Assembly: GCA_046761065.1 (NCBI GenBank)
Contig: JBHIFL010000010.1
Span: forward strand, 1-64,000
Source: Candidatus Heimdallarchaeota archaeon
Lineage (GTDB): Archaea > Asgardarchaeota > Wukongarchaeia > Wukongarchaeales > JBHIFL01
DNA: 64,000 nucleotides
Direction of reading: 5' to 3'
This document shows, piece by piece, positions 10,362 to 20,921 of this stretch (the first letter of the stretch is position 1; each line of letters opens with the position of its first letter). The position numbers were made by a program, and so were the translations under genes. The notes beneath the pieces were generated by a model, which was not told the origin of the DNA, searched no databases, and saw only the letters and a list, made by a program, of their open reading frames with translations.

Positions 10362-11867
10362 CTGCAGCTTACAACGAAACTCCTAGACCTTTTTGGGGGA
10401 ATATTTCTTTGCCTAAATAGTCAAACAATTCAAGCACTTGGAATTGAAAAAGAACAACATCTTTCCCTCACCATTGAGGAACATCGCTCCCTCAGCTTTC
10501 CGTATGTTGGAACTGATTCTTTGGTAGGCCCGGGAGAGATTGGAATACCCGTAGAAATTGCGAAAAGGGTTCCAATTCAGGATGGGGACCTTGTTCAGAT
10601 CAGTGCTCCAAAACGGGCTATCACAAGCGAGCATGTAATAAAGAAGAAGATGAGAGGAGACACTTTCTCGAAAGAAGAAATAGATAATGTCATAAAGGAT
10701 TTGATGGATGGGCGTCTGTCAGAGCTCTACATGGCCGCATTTGTGTTGACACAACTTTTTACTTCATTATCAATGGAGGAAATCGAATACCTGACTCGGG
10801 CCCTAGCCGAAAGTGGCGACATCATCGAATTTCCTGTCCCTATTTATGATAAACACTCACTTGGAGGAGTTCCCGGCACCAAGATCTCACTTCTCATCGT
10901 TCCCATTATAGCTGCAGCGGGACTTGCTATCCCTAAAACAAGCACACGAGCTGTAACGTCTGCTGCTGGAACAGCTGATGTCATGAACATACTTGCTCCT
11001 GTCGAGTTTAAAGCAGATGAACTGAAAGAAATCGTAATGGACACGAAAGGTGCAATTGTATGGACCGGTGGAAAATTGAATCTTAGCCCCGCGGTTGATA
11101 AGATCATTGCAGATGTAGCATTTCCTTTGGGAGTGGACCCTTTACCACTCATTATGAGTGGGATAATGGCGAAAAAGGTAGCTGTGGGTGTGGACTTCGT
11201 TGTCCTGGATGTGCCAGTTGGAGGCGGGAAAGTCCATACAATGGAAAGTGCCCGAGAATATTCTCGCGCTTTTGTTCAGCTAGCAGAACGATTAAATATC
11301 AGATTGGAAGCAGCCCTAACTTATGGCAAGGTCCCCGTGGGACACTCTATCGGACCAGCGTTAGAAGCCCGAGAAGCCCTTTATGCCTTGATGGGGCAAG
11401 GACCAACGTCACTCGCAGAAAAATCCATTAATTTAGCTGGAATTATTTTTGAAATTGCAGGACTGACGTGGCGGGGACGTGGGGCTGACATGGCAAGAGA
11501 GTTATTAGAGTCAGGTAAAGCCTATGAGAAAATGAAAGAGATCATCGAGGCGCAAGGCGGGAATCCAGCCATTCAACCTAACGATATACCGATTGGGAAT
11601 TATTGTTTTGAGTGGGAGGCCCCAACGAACGGGTGGGTTGTTGAAATTAGCAACGAGGCGCTAACCCAAATTGCCAGAGTCGCAGGAGCCCCAAAAGATC
11701 CTGGAGCAGGAGTTTATCTCCCGAAAAAGAAGGAGAGTGTTACTAAAGGAGATATAATTCTTCAAATTTATTCAAATAGCGAATCAAAGCTATCTGAGGC
11801 GCAAGCGTTAGTAGCAAAGCTCGAACCCTTGCGGGTAGAAGGGATTCTAATAGATCATATTCGATAA
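10362..11867 (+). CDS. AMP phosphorylase (thymidine phosphorylase family), probable CTG start, 501 aa
   Basis: DKHSLGGVPG, PKTSTRA.TS.AGTAD, IGPALEA motifs. The frame is open upstream of the tracked TTG 10521 back to TAG 10347 and encodes the expected N-terminal domain (QLTTKLLDL...TDSLVGPGEIG). Confidence 0.88.
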   Translation: MQLTTKLLDLFGGIFLCLNSQTIQALGIEKEQHLSLTIEEHRSLSFPYVGTDSLVGPGEIGIPVEIAKRVPIQDGDLVQISAPKRAITSEHVIKKKMRGDTFSKEEIDNVIKDLMDGRLSELYMAAFVLTQLFTSLSMEEIEYLTRALAESGDIIEFPVPIYDKHSLGGVPGTKISLLIVPIIAAAGLAIPKTSTRAVTSAAGTADVMNILAPVEFKADELKEIVMDTKGAIVWTGGKLNLSPAVDKIIADVAFPLGVDPLPLIMSGIMAKKVAVGVDFVVLDVPVGGGKVHTMESAREYSRAFVQLAERLNIRLEAALTYGKVPVGHSIGPALEAREALYALMGQGPTSLAEKSINLAGIIFEIAGLTWRGRGADMARELLESGKAYEKMKEIIEAQGGNPAIQPNDIPIGNYCFEWEAPTNGWVVEISNEALTQIARVAGAPKDPGAGVYLPKKKESVTKGDIILQIYSNSESKLSEAQALVAKLEPLRVEGILIDHIR

Positions 11868-11897
11868 TGCCTAAACTGATGAGGAGGACGCAGTTAC

Positions 11898-12536
11898 TTG
11901 TTTGATCAACATCTAATCGCAGTGATCTTAATGTTTTGCCTTATTTTGTTCTTTTCTGTTCATCTTTGCTATGATCTCAGAATGACTCGGAGTCGAAAAC
12001 GTAGTGAAGTGGTTGTGAAAGAGCCACCAAGACCACGAGATGGTCCAACCCTAATTGCATACACGGCATCCCTTGTCTTCTGGCTACTATTTTTCGTATC
12101 CCCAGGACTTCTCTTCTTTGGGGCCTATGAATTCGTGTTTGCCCCCTTCATTTTCCGCCGTCTACATCAATTGTGGATTCAGTTTGTCGGGACAGGCTTA
12201 ACTATCATTGGAGTCGTATTAGCTGATTCAGCGCGGATTGCGAGAGGAGTCGTTGCACCGTCCTGGACAATGCCAGAAGATTATCAACTCGCGACTGAGG
12301 GGGCCTATGGGCTCGTTCGGCATCCTCTCTATTTATCTTACATCCTCATGTCACTTGGCTTATTTTTTCTACTTTCAAATATCTTGCTCTTGGGCTGTTT
12401 TGTAGGACTATTCTGTTATTATTTCCCAGCGAAAAAAGAAGAAACAATGCTTTTAGAAAGATTTGGGAGACAGTATGAGGAATACAGAAGCCAGGTTGGA
12501 ATATTTATCCCAAAAATTAGAATAAACGATCATTAA
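11898..12536 (+). CDS. Isoprenylcysteine carboxyl methyltransferase / PEMT (Ste14-like) family membrane methyltransferase
   Basis: L.TEGAYGLVRHPLY and KEE.ML.ERFG..YEEY motifs; multiple TM helices. Confidence 0.85.
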   Translation: MFDQHLIAVILMFCLILFFSVHLCYDLRMTRSRKRSEVVVKEPPRPRDGPTLIAYTASLVFWLLFFVSPGLLFFGAYEFVFAPFIFRRLHQLWIQFVGTGLTIIGVVLADSARIARGVVAPSWTMPEDYQLATEGAYGLVRHPLYLSYILMSLGLFFLLSNILLLGCFVGLFCYYFPAKKEETMLLERFGRQYEEYRSQVGIFIPKIRINDH

Positions 12537-12705
12537 GTCTGATGGAGTTAAACGCTGGTCACTCGGTAATTTTGACAAATCTTCCAGAGGTTCTTACACT
12601 AAGGTAATATCTAAAGGTTAATTTATGATTATAAACTGAAGATCTTAGTATATCGAGGCTTTTACATAGTCAGATGAAAAAGAATAACAAGAAGGCTTCA
12701 AATAA

Positions 12706-13260
12706 ATGCCAGAAGAATATGACAAAGCCAATGAATCATATGAAACGCGTATTCGAACTTGGTTTATGGATGAGCGGATCAAACATGAGGATAAGACAAC
12801 TCCCGCAGATGAATTTCGATTAGTTATAGACTATCCCCCGGCTCATCCTCGTCCTCTGAAGATTGAGCTTGTGCAACCCCGTGGAAGGAAACTCATTCGA
12901 TTGGGAATGGCGGTACTTGTGAATCCTCAACATTTTGAGCTTATGCGACAGAAGGATCGCGTTGAAATAAACCAGTTTGTTTCGGATGCGATGAATGCTA
13001 TGTTATCTCAACCAATCAATTTCGGATGGCGTATGCAATCTGGGATCCCCAATGGTTGGATTATCCAGGATTCCATCTATTTTGATGGATTAACACAGGA
13101 TCGCTTATTTAAAACCATCCAAACAATTGTCCGCTGCGCTCGCTGGATGTTCGGTCTGCATGGACGGGTGCTTGGTATAGTCCCCAGTTCGCATCTTGGT
13201 TCGCATGAAAAACCAGAAACGAAAAAAGAAGAATCTTTCTTTGTAGATCCATATGGCTAG
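12706..13260 (+). CDS. Conserved archaeal protein, DUF2299-like
   Basis: IRTWF..E, FRLVIDYPP, IYFDGLTQDRL patterns resemble DUF2299 (recalled, not searched). Confidence 0.6.
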   Translation: MPEEYDKANESYETRIRTWFMDERIKHEDKTTPADEFRLVIDYPPAHPRPLKIELVQPRGRKLIRLGMAVLVNPQHFELMRQKDRVEINQFVSDAMNAMLSQPINFGWRMQSGIPNGWIIQDSIYFDGLTQDRLFKTIQTIVRCARWMFGLHGRVLGIVPSSHLGSHEKPETKKEESFFVDPYG

Positions 13261-13445
13261 CTTGGTAGGAGTGTGGATAGAGTGACGTCAGAAATCCTAT
13301 AACACTTGTTTGAGAAGGATTTTAAAATCCAACTGGCCTGCAGATTACAGGTACTGGTTAATTAACACCTTAAAGTTAAGCCCACTACTTTTTTGTAGTA
13401 GTTTGAGTTCAGGACTCTCGATCCCTCAGTATTTTGTGGTGATTT

Positions 13446-13904
13446 TTATTCAATAATACATAATTCATCTCCAAAATTAACTGTTGTGTTTGGAGATACG
13501 ATTTTTTTAATTTTTCCGTCTTGTGGGGCGATAATTTCATTTTCCATCTTCATAGCTTCTAGGATTAGAAGTACATCCCCTTGAGAGACCGAATCTCCAA
13601 CTTTAAAATCTACTCGGAGAACCGTACCAGGGATTGGGGCTGTTACTGCTCCTTTCCCAGGAACAGGTTCAGTGGGGGGTGGGGCTGTTTTTAGTTCGGG
13701 CCGTACTGAGACCCCCCTTGGTGATGGACGACTCACAGAAGTGGTCGGTGGTGTTGGTACTATAGGTTCAGTTTTAGCAGGTGATCGTGCTGTTGGTCGA
13801 CTGTTTACACTAGAAGGGACGGGTGATGCAGTTACTGCCTCGAGTTCTTCTACCTCCACCTCGTAAGCCTTCCCTTCTATGATTATCCTATATTTTTTCT
13901 TCAT
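13446..13904 (-). CDS. Biotin carboxyl carrier protein (biotinyl-domain protein)
   Basis: EAMKMENEI biotinylation motif, Pro/Thr-rich linker, N-terminal KYRIIIEGKAYEVEVEE; likely start MKKKY at 13904. Confidence 0.93.
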   Translation of the reverse strand: MKKKYRIIIEGKAYEVEVEELEAVTASPVPSSVNSRPTARSPAKTEPIVPTPPTTSVSRPSPRGVSVRPELKTAPPPTEPVPGKGAVTAPIPGTVLRVDFKVGDSVSQGDVLLILEAMKMENEIIAPQDGKIKKIVSPNTTVNFGDELCIIE

Positions 13905-14286
13905 TCTGATTTTCTCACTAGAACAATTTGCTTCCACTTATTTCTAACCGAACAACTATTTATAGTAAATGGCTGGTTGTTTCACCTTCTATTTCATTAT
14001 AGTTGTGATACGCGCAAATTGGAGGATCCTCTTCCCTTGTTCATGAAATCTCCGTTTCTCCGAGAAATGTGAAACAACGATTCACCTTTTTCACCTTGTG
14101 TGAGAAGAACACGCCAGAGAGAATTTGATGCACTATTAGGATCTATTACAACTGGATCACCGTTGTTTGCTAATAGAAACCCATTTACTTAACTGAATAT
14201 TTAGGGATTCGAAGTCAAATGATTTCCGATACTTGAATCCGCTTGATCCATAGAACTGCTAGATTCGTGTAAGAAATTGCTTAGAC

Positions 14287-15306
14287 TTATCCACCGAACG
14301 CTTCGGAGATCCGAGCGAGTTTTGGATGCACATATCGCCCTTTTTTCTCGATAACAATTCCATCCAATTCGATTGTTGGATTTAGAATGATCCCATCTGT
14401 GTGAGCCTTTGCTGGTCCTACTGTTCCCTTGAATCGAGGCCGCTGACTCCCAATGCCCAGTTCTATACTGCCAAAAACTCTCTCGTCTTCGAGAATCTTC
14501 CCCGTAAGTCTTGCTCCAGGGTTAAATCCATATGAATAATGCGCTATCTTGTACATATTTGGATCATCAAGGTTTTTCACCCAACTCTCAAAGACCCTGG
14601 CTTCGCTACCTCCCTGAATTCCAGTTACTACGCCTTGTTCAATTGTGAGATCGATTGGTGTTTTAAGCAGACCGATCTCTTCTGGAGGCCACAATGCCCC
14701 ATCGAAGACGAGTTTTCCATTAATGGTCTCTTCCACGGGTGCCCAACTGACTTGCCCCCCAAGGAAACTCTGGTCGCCAGGTTTTGTTATGACACCGGAG
14801 TTATGAAATACCGGGCGCGAGTCAAGTTTACATGTTAGTTCTGTTCCAGCAGGTGCAGAGATCTTCATTGTTTGGGCGTTCCGGGTGAGTTCCGCTAGTG
14901 TATCCCCGAGCTCTACCATTTTCGGATAGTTAATTTGTCCAATACATCGGATCATCATGTCGGGGGTCATTCCTGTAAGACACATATTTCGTGCGCCCGC
15001 GCGGAGGGCCTCGTGGTACGCTTCCGTGTGTATAAGGTACTTTTCAGCAATTTCAACGTTAATATCTACAGCCTTCATCGCCGCAGCTAATGGTTTTGGC
15101 GGTTCCATTCCTACCTCGGGTCGTGTTTCATACCAATATAATCCAACTTCCCCCCCAGCTGCATAAGCCGCGGCGGCTATACTCTCCACCACCCGACGAT
15201 CGGACGTGGTATCCGCGTAGATGAGCACGGTTTCTCCTTCTTTAAGATGCAACATATCTTTGACAACGATTAAGGCTGCCTTTCGCAGTTCCCATTCCAT
15301 ACTCAA
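14287..15306 (-). CDS. Aminopeptidase T (M29)-like / NicX-like metalloenzyme
   Basis: LKEGETVLI, GFNPGA.LTG.ILEDER..G..ELGIG, AHTD motifs; AGGTGA RBS before TTG. Confidence 0.7.
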   Translation of the reverse strand: MSMEWELRKAALIVVKDMLHLKEGETVLIYADTTSDRRVVESIAAAAYAAGGEVGLYWYETRPEVGMEPPKPLAAAMKAVDINVEIAEKYLIHTEAYHEALRAGARNMCLTGMTPDMMIRCIGQINYPKMVELGDTLAELTRNAQTMKISAPAGTELTCKLDSRPVFHNSGVITKPGDQSFLGGQVSWAPVEETINGKLVFDGALWPPEEIGLLKTPIDLTIEQGVVTGIQGGSEARVFESWVKNLDDPNMYKIAHYSYGFNPGARLTGKILEDERVFGSIELGIGSQRPRFKGTVGPAKAHTDGIILNPTIELDGIVIEKKGRYVHPKLARISEAFGG

Positions 15307-15755
15307 TCTGGATCACCTGAATTGGCTTCTCTTTCTCCAAGTATTTATGTTCTATGGCTTAATTGTATCCATCAATATTGCTACCGTAACGTTCTTTTCG
15401 TCGCAGATTGAGATGTGGATCCTTGGAAACGGAGTATTTGTTGATAATTGAAATCCTGGGCTAAAATTGGGCAAATTAACAATATAAACAGGTTGATTGG
15501 TCGTATTTTTATTCTCTTTAAAAATTGCGAAAGACAGATCGACTCAACCTCTTAGATTGAGAGAATAAGGTTAGAGACGTAGTATTATACTTATCTCGGC
15601 AATTATAGTCTTCAGCACCTTCCAAATCGGGTCACAAATGCAAATCAAATTAATCACCAAAAACTATATGTACTAGATGTTTTCTAGATCCACCATTACA
15701 AAACAAGCTTTTACACTTGTTTTGTACTTTTCCAAAAAAAAAGGAGAATGAAAAA

Positions 15756-17399
15756 ATGAAATACACGAACAAAACAGTGGCATTTGCGTTAGTTCTAGTG
15801 ACCCTCATGACTCTTCAGGGCTGTATTGGGCAAGAAGAAGCAGCACCTACCCGTATCCTAAGAGTAACATTTGCTTGGCCCACTTATATAGATCCAGCAG
15901 TGGGATCTGACTTCTCGAGCTCAACGAGTATCGTTAACTTGTATGACTCTCTTGTTTATCCAAAACCAGATGGTACTATTCAGCCGCATTTAGCTAAAGA
16001 GTGGGATGTGTCAGCCGATGGTTTAACCTGGACATTCACTCTAAAAGAAGGGGTCAAGTTTCATGATGGCAGCGAATTGATGGCAGAAGACGTCGCTTAC
16101 TCGATGGATCGGTTGATCACCATCGGAGAGGGCTATTCGTACCTGTTCGCCCCCTACATCGCGACTACAACGGCTCTTGACGACTATACGGTTGAAATCA
16201 AGCTTAGTAAGCCCATTGGACCGTTCCTTATCTATCTAATTAGGCTTTATGTCCTCAACAAGGACCTCGTTGAGGAACACATTGTGACGCCGGGACCCTA
16301 CGGTGACAAAGGCGACTATGGGAAGGATTGGTTGTTAACCCACGATGCCGGCTCAGGAGCTTACAAAGTTAAAGAGTTTCGTCTCGAAGAAGAGTTGGTT
16401 ATCGAGCGTTTCGAGGATTACTGGGGTGATATCAAACCTAATGCACCGGATGAGGTACACTTAATCGGCACCACCGAGGCTGTCACGGTCCGAACCGGGA
16501 TTTCGAACAGAGAACTCGAAATTTCCGACCAGTGGCAAACAGAAGAGGCACTAGGAGTCTTAGATGCAATTGAAGGGGTAGATATTTGTACTTGGTCCAC
16601 TGGAGGAACGTTTTACTATATGATGCATACGAAAAAACCACCAACCGATGACATTCACTTCCGCAAGGCAATGGCCTATGCCGTTGATTACGAAGCAGTG
16701 GTCAATCAGGTCTTTCCTGGTCGGCCTCTGGCAAAAGGGCCCGTCTCGTCAGTCCTTCCAGGATTCAATCCAGATGTATTCCAACCCACTCGAGACCTAG
16801 CCAAGGCAGAACAAGAGTTGAAATTATCCAAATACTATAACCAGCTTGACGACTACCCTGTCGAAGTTGGCTGGGTAACGGAAGTGCCAGACGAAGAGAA
16901 GGTAGCTCTACTCTTCGCAGCTAATATGGCGGAGATTGGGATAAAGGTTGAAATATCCAACATCCCGTGGCTTTCGATGGTAGAAAGAACTGCGGATATT
17001 GAGACAAGCCCGAACATCGCCACGATCTTCGTCGCGCCCCACTACCCTGAAGCGGGTTCCATTTTAGAGTCGAGATACCACTCGAAGTCAGCTGCCACTT
17101 GGGAGCAAAATGAATGGCTACTTAACGAGACGATTGATGCCATGATTGAAGATGCACTAGGAACCGTCGATACGCAAGAGCGATATAAAAAATATCAAGA
17201 TATACAAGAAGTCATAGCGGAAATGTGCCCGAGTATATTCCTATTCGAGAATGTCGCAAAATCTGCCTATCAGTCATACTATGTCGAATGGCCGACAGCT
17301 AAAGGACCAGAGTATTGGAACGCTGTAATGGGGTACAACATGGACTACCGCAATATAGAAGTGGATATGGCAAAAAGGGAAGAGTTACTAGGAGCATAA
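15756..17399 (+). CDS. dppA: ABC peptide/nickel-family substrate-binding lipoprotein (DppA/OppA)
   Basis: Lipobox LQGC; NLYDSLV, LA.EW.VS.DGLTWTFTLKEGVKFHDG (SBP family 5). Confidence 0.92.
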   Translation: MKYTNKTVAFALVLVTLMTLQGCIGQEEAAPTRILRVTFAWPTYIDPAVGSDFSSSTSIVNLYDSLVYPKPDGTIQPHLAKEWDVSADGLTWTFTLKEGVKFHDGSELMAEDVAYSMDRLITIGEGYSYLFAPYIATTTALDDYTVEIKLSKPIGPFLIYLIRLYVLNKDLVEEHIVTPGPYGDKGDYGKDWLLTHDAGSGAYKVKEFRLEEELVIERFEDYWGDIKPNAPDEVHLIGTTEAVTVRTGISNRELEISDQWQTEEALGVLDAIEGVDICTWSTGGTFYYMMHTKKPPTDDIHFRKAMAYAVDYEAVVNQVFPGRPLAKGPVSSVLPGFNPDVFQPTRDLAKAEQELKLSKYYNQLDDYPVEVGWVTEVPDEEKVALLFAANMAEIGIKVEISNIPWLSMVERTADIETSPNIATIFVAPHYPEAGSILESRYHSKSAATWEQNEWLLNETIDAMIEDALGTVDTQERYKKYQDIQEVIAEMCPSIFLFENVAKSAYQSYYVEWPTAKGPEYWNAVMGYNMDYRNIEVDMAKREELLGA

Positions 17400-17409
17400 G
17401 AGACTTCAT

Positions 17410-17426
17410 CCCCTCCTTCCTTTTTT
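17410..17426 (+). terminator. Possible archaeal pyrimidine/oligo-T terminator after dppA
   Basis: cccctccttcctttttt starting 11 nt after the stop codon. Confidence 0.45.
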
Positions 17427-17646
17427 ACGCGAAATGATCCCATTATACTAAGTTACTCGTACGCACCAAATGCCTTGGAAAAAGAGATTCCGAAAACATT
17501 ATCAGTAGAAATCGCATCATATCTTCTTTTTTTTTATTTAGAATAGTGTAGAGCGGTAAGTAGATGAAAACACGCCTAGTCAAACAGAACATTTATAAGA
17601 AGTATCTTAGGGAGATACTACGACATGAATTGAGGAGAAAATACTA

Positions 17647-18999
17647 TTGTCGTCAATCCAAAGTATGGAACGGCCATCGGGCATTATGATTCTTGTAGTA
17701 TTAGAGTGTATCGGAGGGATTTCCGGTATTTTAACCGGATTATTTGCATTTGGGTCCATTTGGGTGGTCTTAGTAGGGGTCATATCTCTTATACTGGGGT
17801 TTGGGCTTTGGATGTTAAATAAATGGGCATTTCAAGTTGCCATGATCCTATCAGTATTTGGTATCATCATCGGAATCTTTAACCTTCCCTACGGAAGCTT
17901 AAGCCTCATCATTTATGTCATTATCATCTACTACCTCACCCAACCAGAAATTACGGATGTCTTTGAAATCAGAGGGTCCATTATATTCTTCCTATTGGGG
18001 CGAATCGGATTCTCCGTCTTTGTTCTGTTCGGTCTATCTATCCTTATTTTTATCATTGCGCGCGTGTTACCCGGAGACCCTGCACGGATGGCTTTGGGGC
18101 CGCGAGCTCCTCAGTGGGCGGTAGATAATCTTCGGGAAGAATTGCATCTCAATGACCCCATATGGACCCAGTATATCTATTGGGTACGAGATGCCTTTTC
18201 GGGTAGCCTTGGGCGATCCTTGGTGACCCGTCGTGATGTCGCCTCAGATATCTTGGAGTTCCTCCCCGCGACATTGGAGCTGGTTATATTTGCAGCAACA
18301 ATCCAAATCATCTTGGCAATCACGCTTGGGATGCTTGCGGGCCGTCGCGCCAACACATGGGTAGATAATGTCGTGAGAGTGGTCAGTTATGTAGGAATCG
18401 CGGTCCCAAGCTTCGTATTCGCCATCATATTCGTCTTGGTCTTTGGATATATCCTAAAGATCTTTCCGAGTATGGGACGGCTGAGTTGGGGAGTGCCACG
18501 TCCCCCGACCGTAACGGGCATGCTCACAGTCGATTCATTGATCACGGGGCATTTCGCCACGCTTGGAAACGCACTATGGCATATAATCCTTCCAGGAGTC
18601 TCCCTTTCAATTGGAGGAATGGCCCAAGAAGCCAGAATCACCCGAGCTAGCGTGGTCGAGAATTTAAACAAGGATTATATCGTATCAGCGACGTCCCACG
18701 GGATCCCCGAAAGGAAAATCATGTCGAAGTATTTATTAAAACCTTCTCTCATTCCCACGATTTCGATAATGGGATTGGACATCGCCTCTCTTATCGGGAA
18801 CGCCTTTCTCGTTGAGCTGATCTTCAATTGGCCCGGATTTTCGAGATACGGAATCAATGCGATGTTGAATAAAGATCTAAATGCGATTGTTGGTGTCGTG
18901 ATGGTTATAGGGTTGGTTTTCGCACTTGGAAACATCATCGTTGATGCCATCATCGCCTATCTTGATCCAAGAATTCGGATGATGGAACGGGCTGAATAG
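17647..18999 (+). CDS. dppB: ABC permease DppB with extra N-terminal ~105-aa four-TM domain
   Basis: PGDPA, LGRS..T.R.V, ARITRAS..E.L.KDY, VE.IF.WPG, LDPRI; extra N-terminus RPSGIMIL...YYLTQPEI. Confidence 0.88.
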   Translation: MSSIQSMERPSGIMILVVLECIGGISGILTGLFAFGSIWVVLVGVISLILGFGLWMLNKWAFQVAMILSVFGIIIGIFNLPYGSLSLIIYVIIIYYLTQPEITDVFEIRGSIIFFLLGRIGFSVFVLFGLSILIFIIARVLPGDPARMALGPRAPQWAVDNLREELHLNDPIWTQYIYWVRDAFSGSLGRSLVTRRDVASDILEFLPATLELVIFAATIQIILAITLGMLAGRRANTWVDNVVRVVSYVGIAVPSFVFAIIFVLVFGYILKIFPSMGRLSWGVPRPPTVTGMLTVDSLITGHFATLGNALWHIILPGVSLSIGGMAQEARITRASVVENLNKDYIVSATSHGIPERKIMSKYLLKPSLIPTISIMGLDIASLIGNAFLVELIFNWPGFSRYGINAMLNKDLNAIVGVVMVIGLVFALGNIIVDAIIAYLDPRIRMMERAE

Positions 19000-19017
19000 C
19001 ATAAGGTGAGGTTTGTT

Positions 19018-19890
19018 ATGAGCTTGATTTCGCCTACAACAAAGGAAGGGTTAAAAAAGGGCTGGTATAAATTCTCGAAGAGCTATTTGTCCATCATTGG
19101 ATTAGGTTCAATAATTCTGATTGTGTGTTTGGCTATCTTTGCCCCCTTTGTTGCCCCATACCCGGAACACGCGGAGTTCTTTGTTGATTTCGCCAACGCA
19201 AATAAAGCTCCAAGTTGGGAACACCCATTTGGAACAGATATCATGGGACGAGATATCCTCAGTCGAATATTCTTCGGGTTCCGTTATTCACTAATGATGG
19301 CTGTTGTGGTATTGTTACTGGTCGTTCCTCCCGGGGTTATTTTGGGACTGATTGCTGGGTACTACAAAGGGACATGGATAGAGAAAATTATTATGCGGGT
19401 CACCGACGTATTCCTCGGCGTACCCCCCTTGGTTCTTGCTCTCTCAATAACATCCGTCCTAGAACCGAATATATTCAATGCTATGATGGCCGTTTCTCTA
19501 ATGTGGTGGCCTTGGTATTGTAGACTTGTATATAGTATCACATCCTCCCTGCGAAACGAGTTTTTCGTTCAAGCAGCTGAAGTGACAGGAGCAAGTACAC
19601 CGCATATCCTCTTCCGAGAAATGTTCCCTAATTGTTTCGCTGCTATTGTAACGAAGATGACATTGGATGTCGGCTGGGTCATCTTGATTGGTGCAAGCCT
19701 AAGTTTTTTAGGACTTGGCGCTCAGCCCCCGACGCCCGACCTCGGAACCATGGTCTCCGGGGGAGCCAAATACATGCCAGACCTATGGTGGATCTCTATC
19801 TTCCCTGCACTTGCAATCGTGTTTGTGATATTAGGTTTCAATTTGTTGGGCGATGGGATACGAGATCTGTTTGCAATTGAGGAGATCTAG
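19018..19890 (+). CDS. dppC: ABC permease DppC
   Basis: PSWEHPFGTD.MGRD, LSFLGLGAQPP.PD.G, FNLLGDGIRD. Confidence 0.92.
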   Translation: MSLISPTTKEGLKKGWYKFSKSYLSIIGLGSIILIVCLAIFAPFVAPYPEHAEFFVDFANANKAPSWEHPFGTDIMGRDILSRIFFGFRYSLMMAVVVLLLVVPPGVILGLIAGYYKGTWIEKIIMRVTDVFLGVPPLVLALSITSVLEPNIFNAMMAVSLMWWPWYCRLVYSITSSLRNEFFVQAAEVTGASTPHILFREMFPNCFAAIVTKMTLDVGWVILIGASLSFLGLGAQPPTPDLGTMVSGGAKYMPDLWWISIFPALAIVFVILGFNLLGDGIRDLFAIEEI

Positions 19891-19923
19891 CCACTCATGA
19901 CTATAGAGGAGACCTAATCACTC

Positions 19924-20916
19924 ATGACAATGAAAAAAGCACTAATTGATATTCAAAGTTTGCACGTATATTTTCAAGTTTACGAAGGTTTATTGAAGGT
20001 ATTAAATGGAGTGGACTTTACCGTAATGAGAGGAGAAAAAGTTGGGTTAATAGGAGAGACCGGGTGTGGAAAGACAACTACAATGAAGGCCATCATGCGA
20101 ATTCTTCCAGCATTGTCGACAAGGATTCCAAAGGGGAAGATCTTCTTTGATGAAAAGGATATTTTGGAGATGAGTCAAAAGGAGATCCAGCATGTTCGAA
20201 GAAGAAACATTTCGATGGTCTTTCAAGACCCTACCGCGGCTCTCAATCCTGTTTTTAAAGTGGGAGACCAACTTATGGATGTAATTAAATATTCAAATAT
20301 AGATGAAACCGGAGAAAACTTATCGGAAGATGAGATTAAAGCTCAAGCTATACAGGTACTGAAAGAAGTTGCTTTACCAGACCCAGAACGTATGTTGGAA
20401 AACTACCCAATCCAATTAAGCGGAGGGATGCGACAGCGGGTCTGCATGGCAATGGCTTTGGTGTCTGCTAGGGACCTCTTAATAGCTGATGAACCGGGTA
20501 CTAACCTGGATGTTACTATTCAAGACCAGATATTACGTCTGTTAAGTGAATTGGTTAAAGGGAAGGGCACATCAGTCATTTTGATTAGCCATGCACTCGG
20601 AGCGGTCAGGGGGTTAGTAGATAGAGTTTACGTTATGTACGCGGGTAGCATGATCGAAGTCGCGAAAACGGATGATCTCTTCGAAGATCCCTTGCATCCT
20701 TACGCGAATGGGTTATTACGAGCTGTTCCAAAGCTGACCGGTGGAGGAATTCCAGAAGGCATCGAGGGAAGGATCCCTGATTATCTCAACCCCCCGAAAG
20801 GATGTCGATTCTTCCCCAGATGTCATAAGGCGATGCAGATTTGCAAAGAAAATAAACCTCCATTCTTTGATGTTGGCGACGCTCATGAAGTCGCATGTTA
20901 CCTCTACCAGGAGTGA
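19924..20916 (+). CDS. dppD: ABC ATPase DppD
   Basis: Walker A GETGCGKT, LSGGMRQR, C-terminal GCRFFPRC...HEVAC. Confidence 0.92.
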   Translation: MTMKKALIDIQSLHVYFQVYEGLLKVLNGVDFTVMRGEKVGLIGETGCGKTTTMKAIMRILPALSTRIPKGKIFFDEKDILEMSQKEIQHVRRRNISMVFQDPTAALNPVFKVGDQLMDVIKYSNIDETGENLSEDEIKAQAIQVLKEVALPDPERMLENYPIQLSGGMRQRVCMAMALVSARDLLIADEPGTNLDVTIQDQILRLLSELVKGKGTSVILISHALGAVRGLVDRVYVMYAGSMIEVAKTDDLFEDPLHPYANGLLRAVPKLTGGGIPEGIEGRIPDYLNPPKGCRFFPRCHKAMQICKENKPPFFDVGDAHEVACYLYQE

Positions 20917-20921
20917 GCAGC

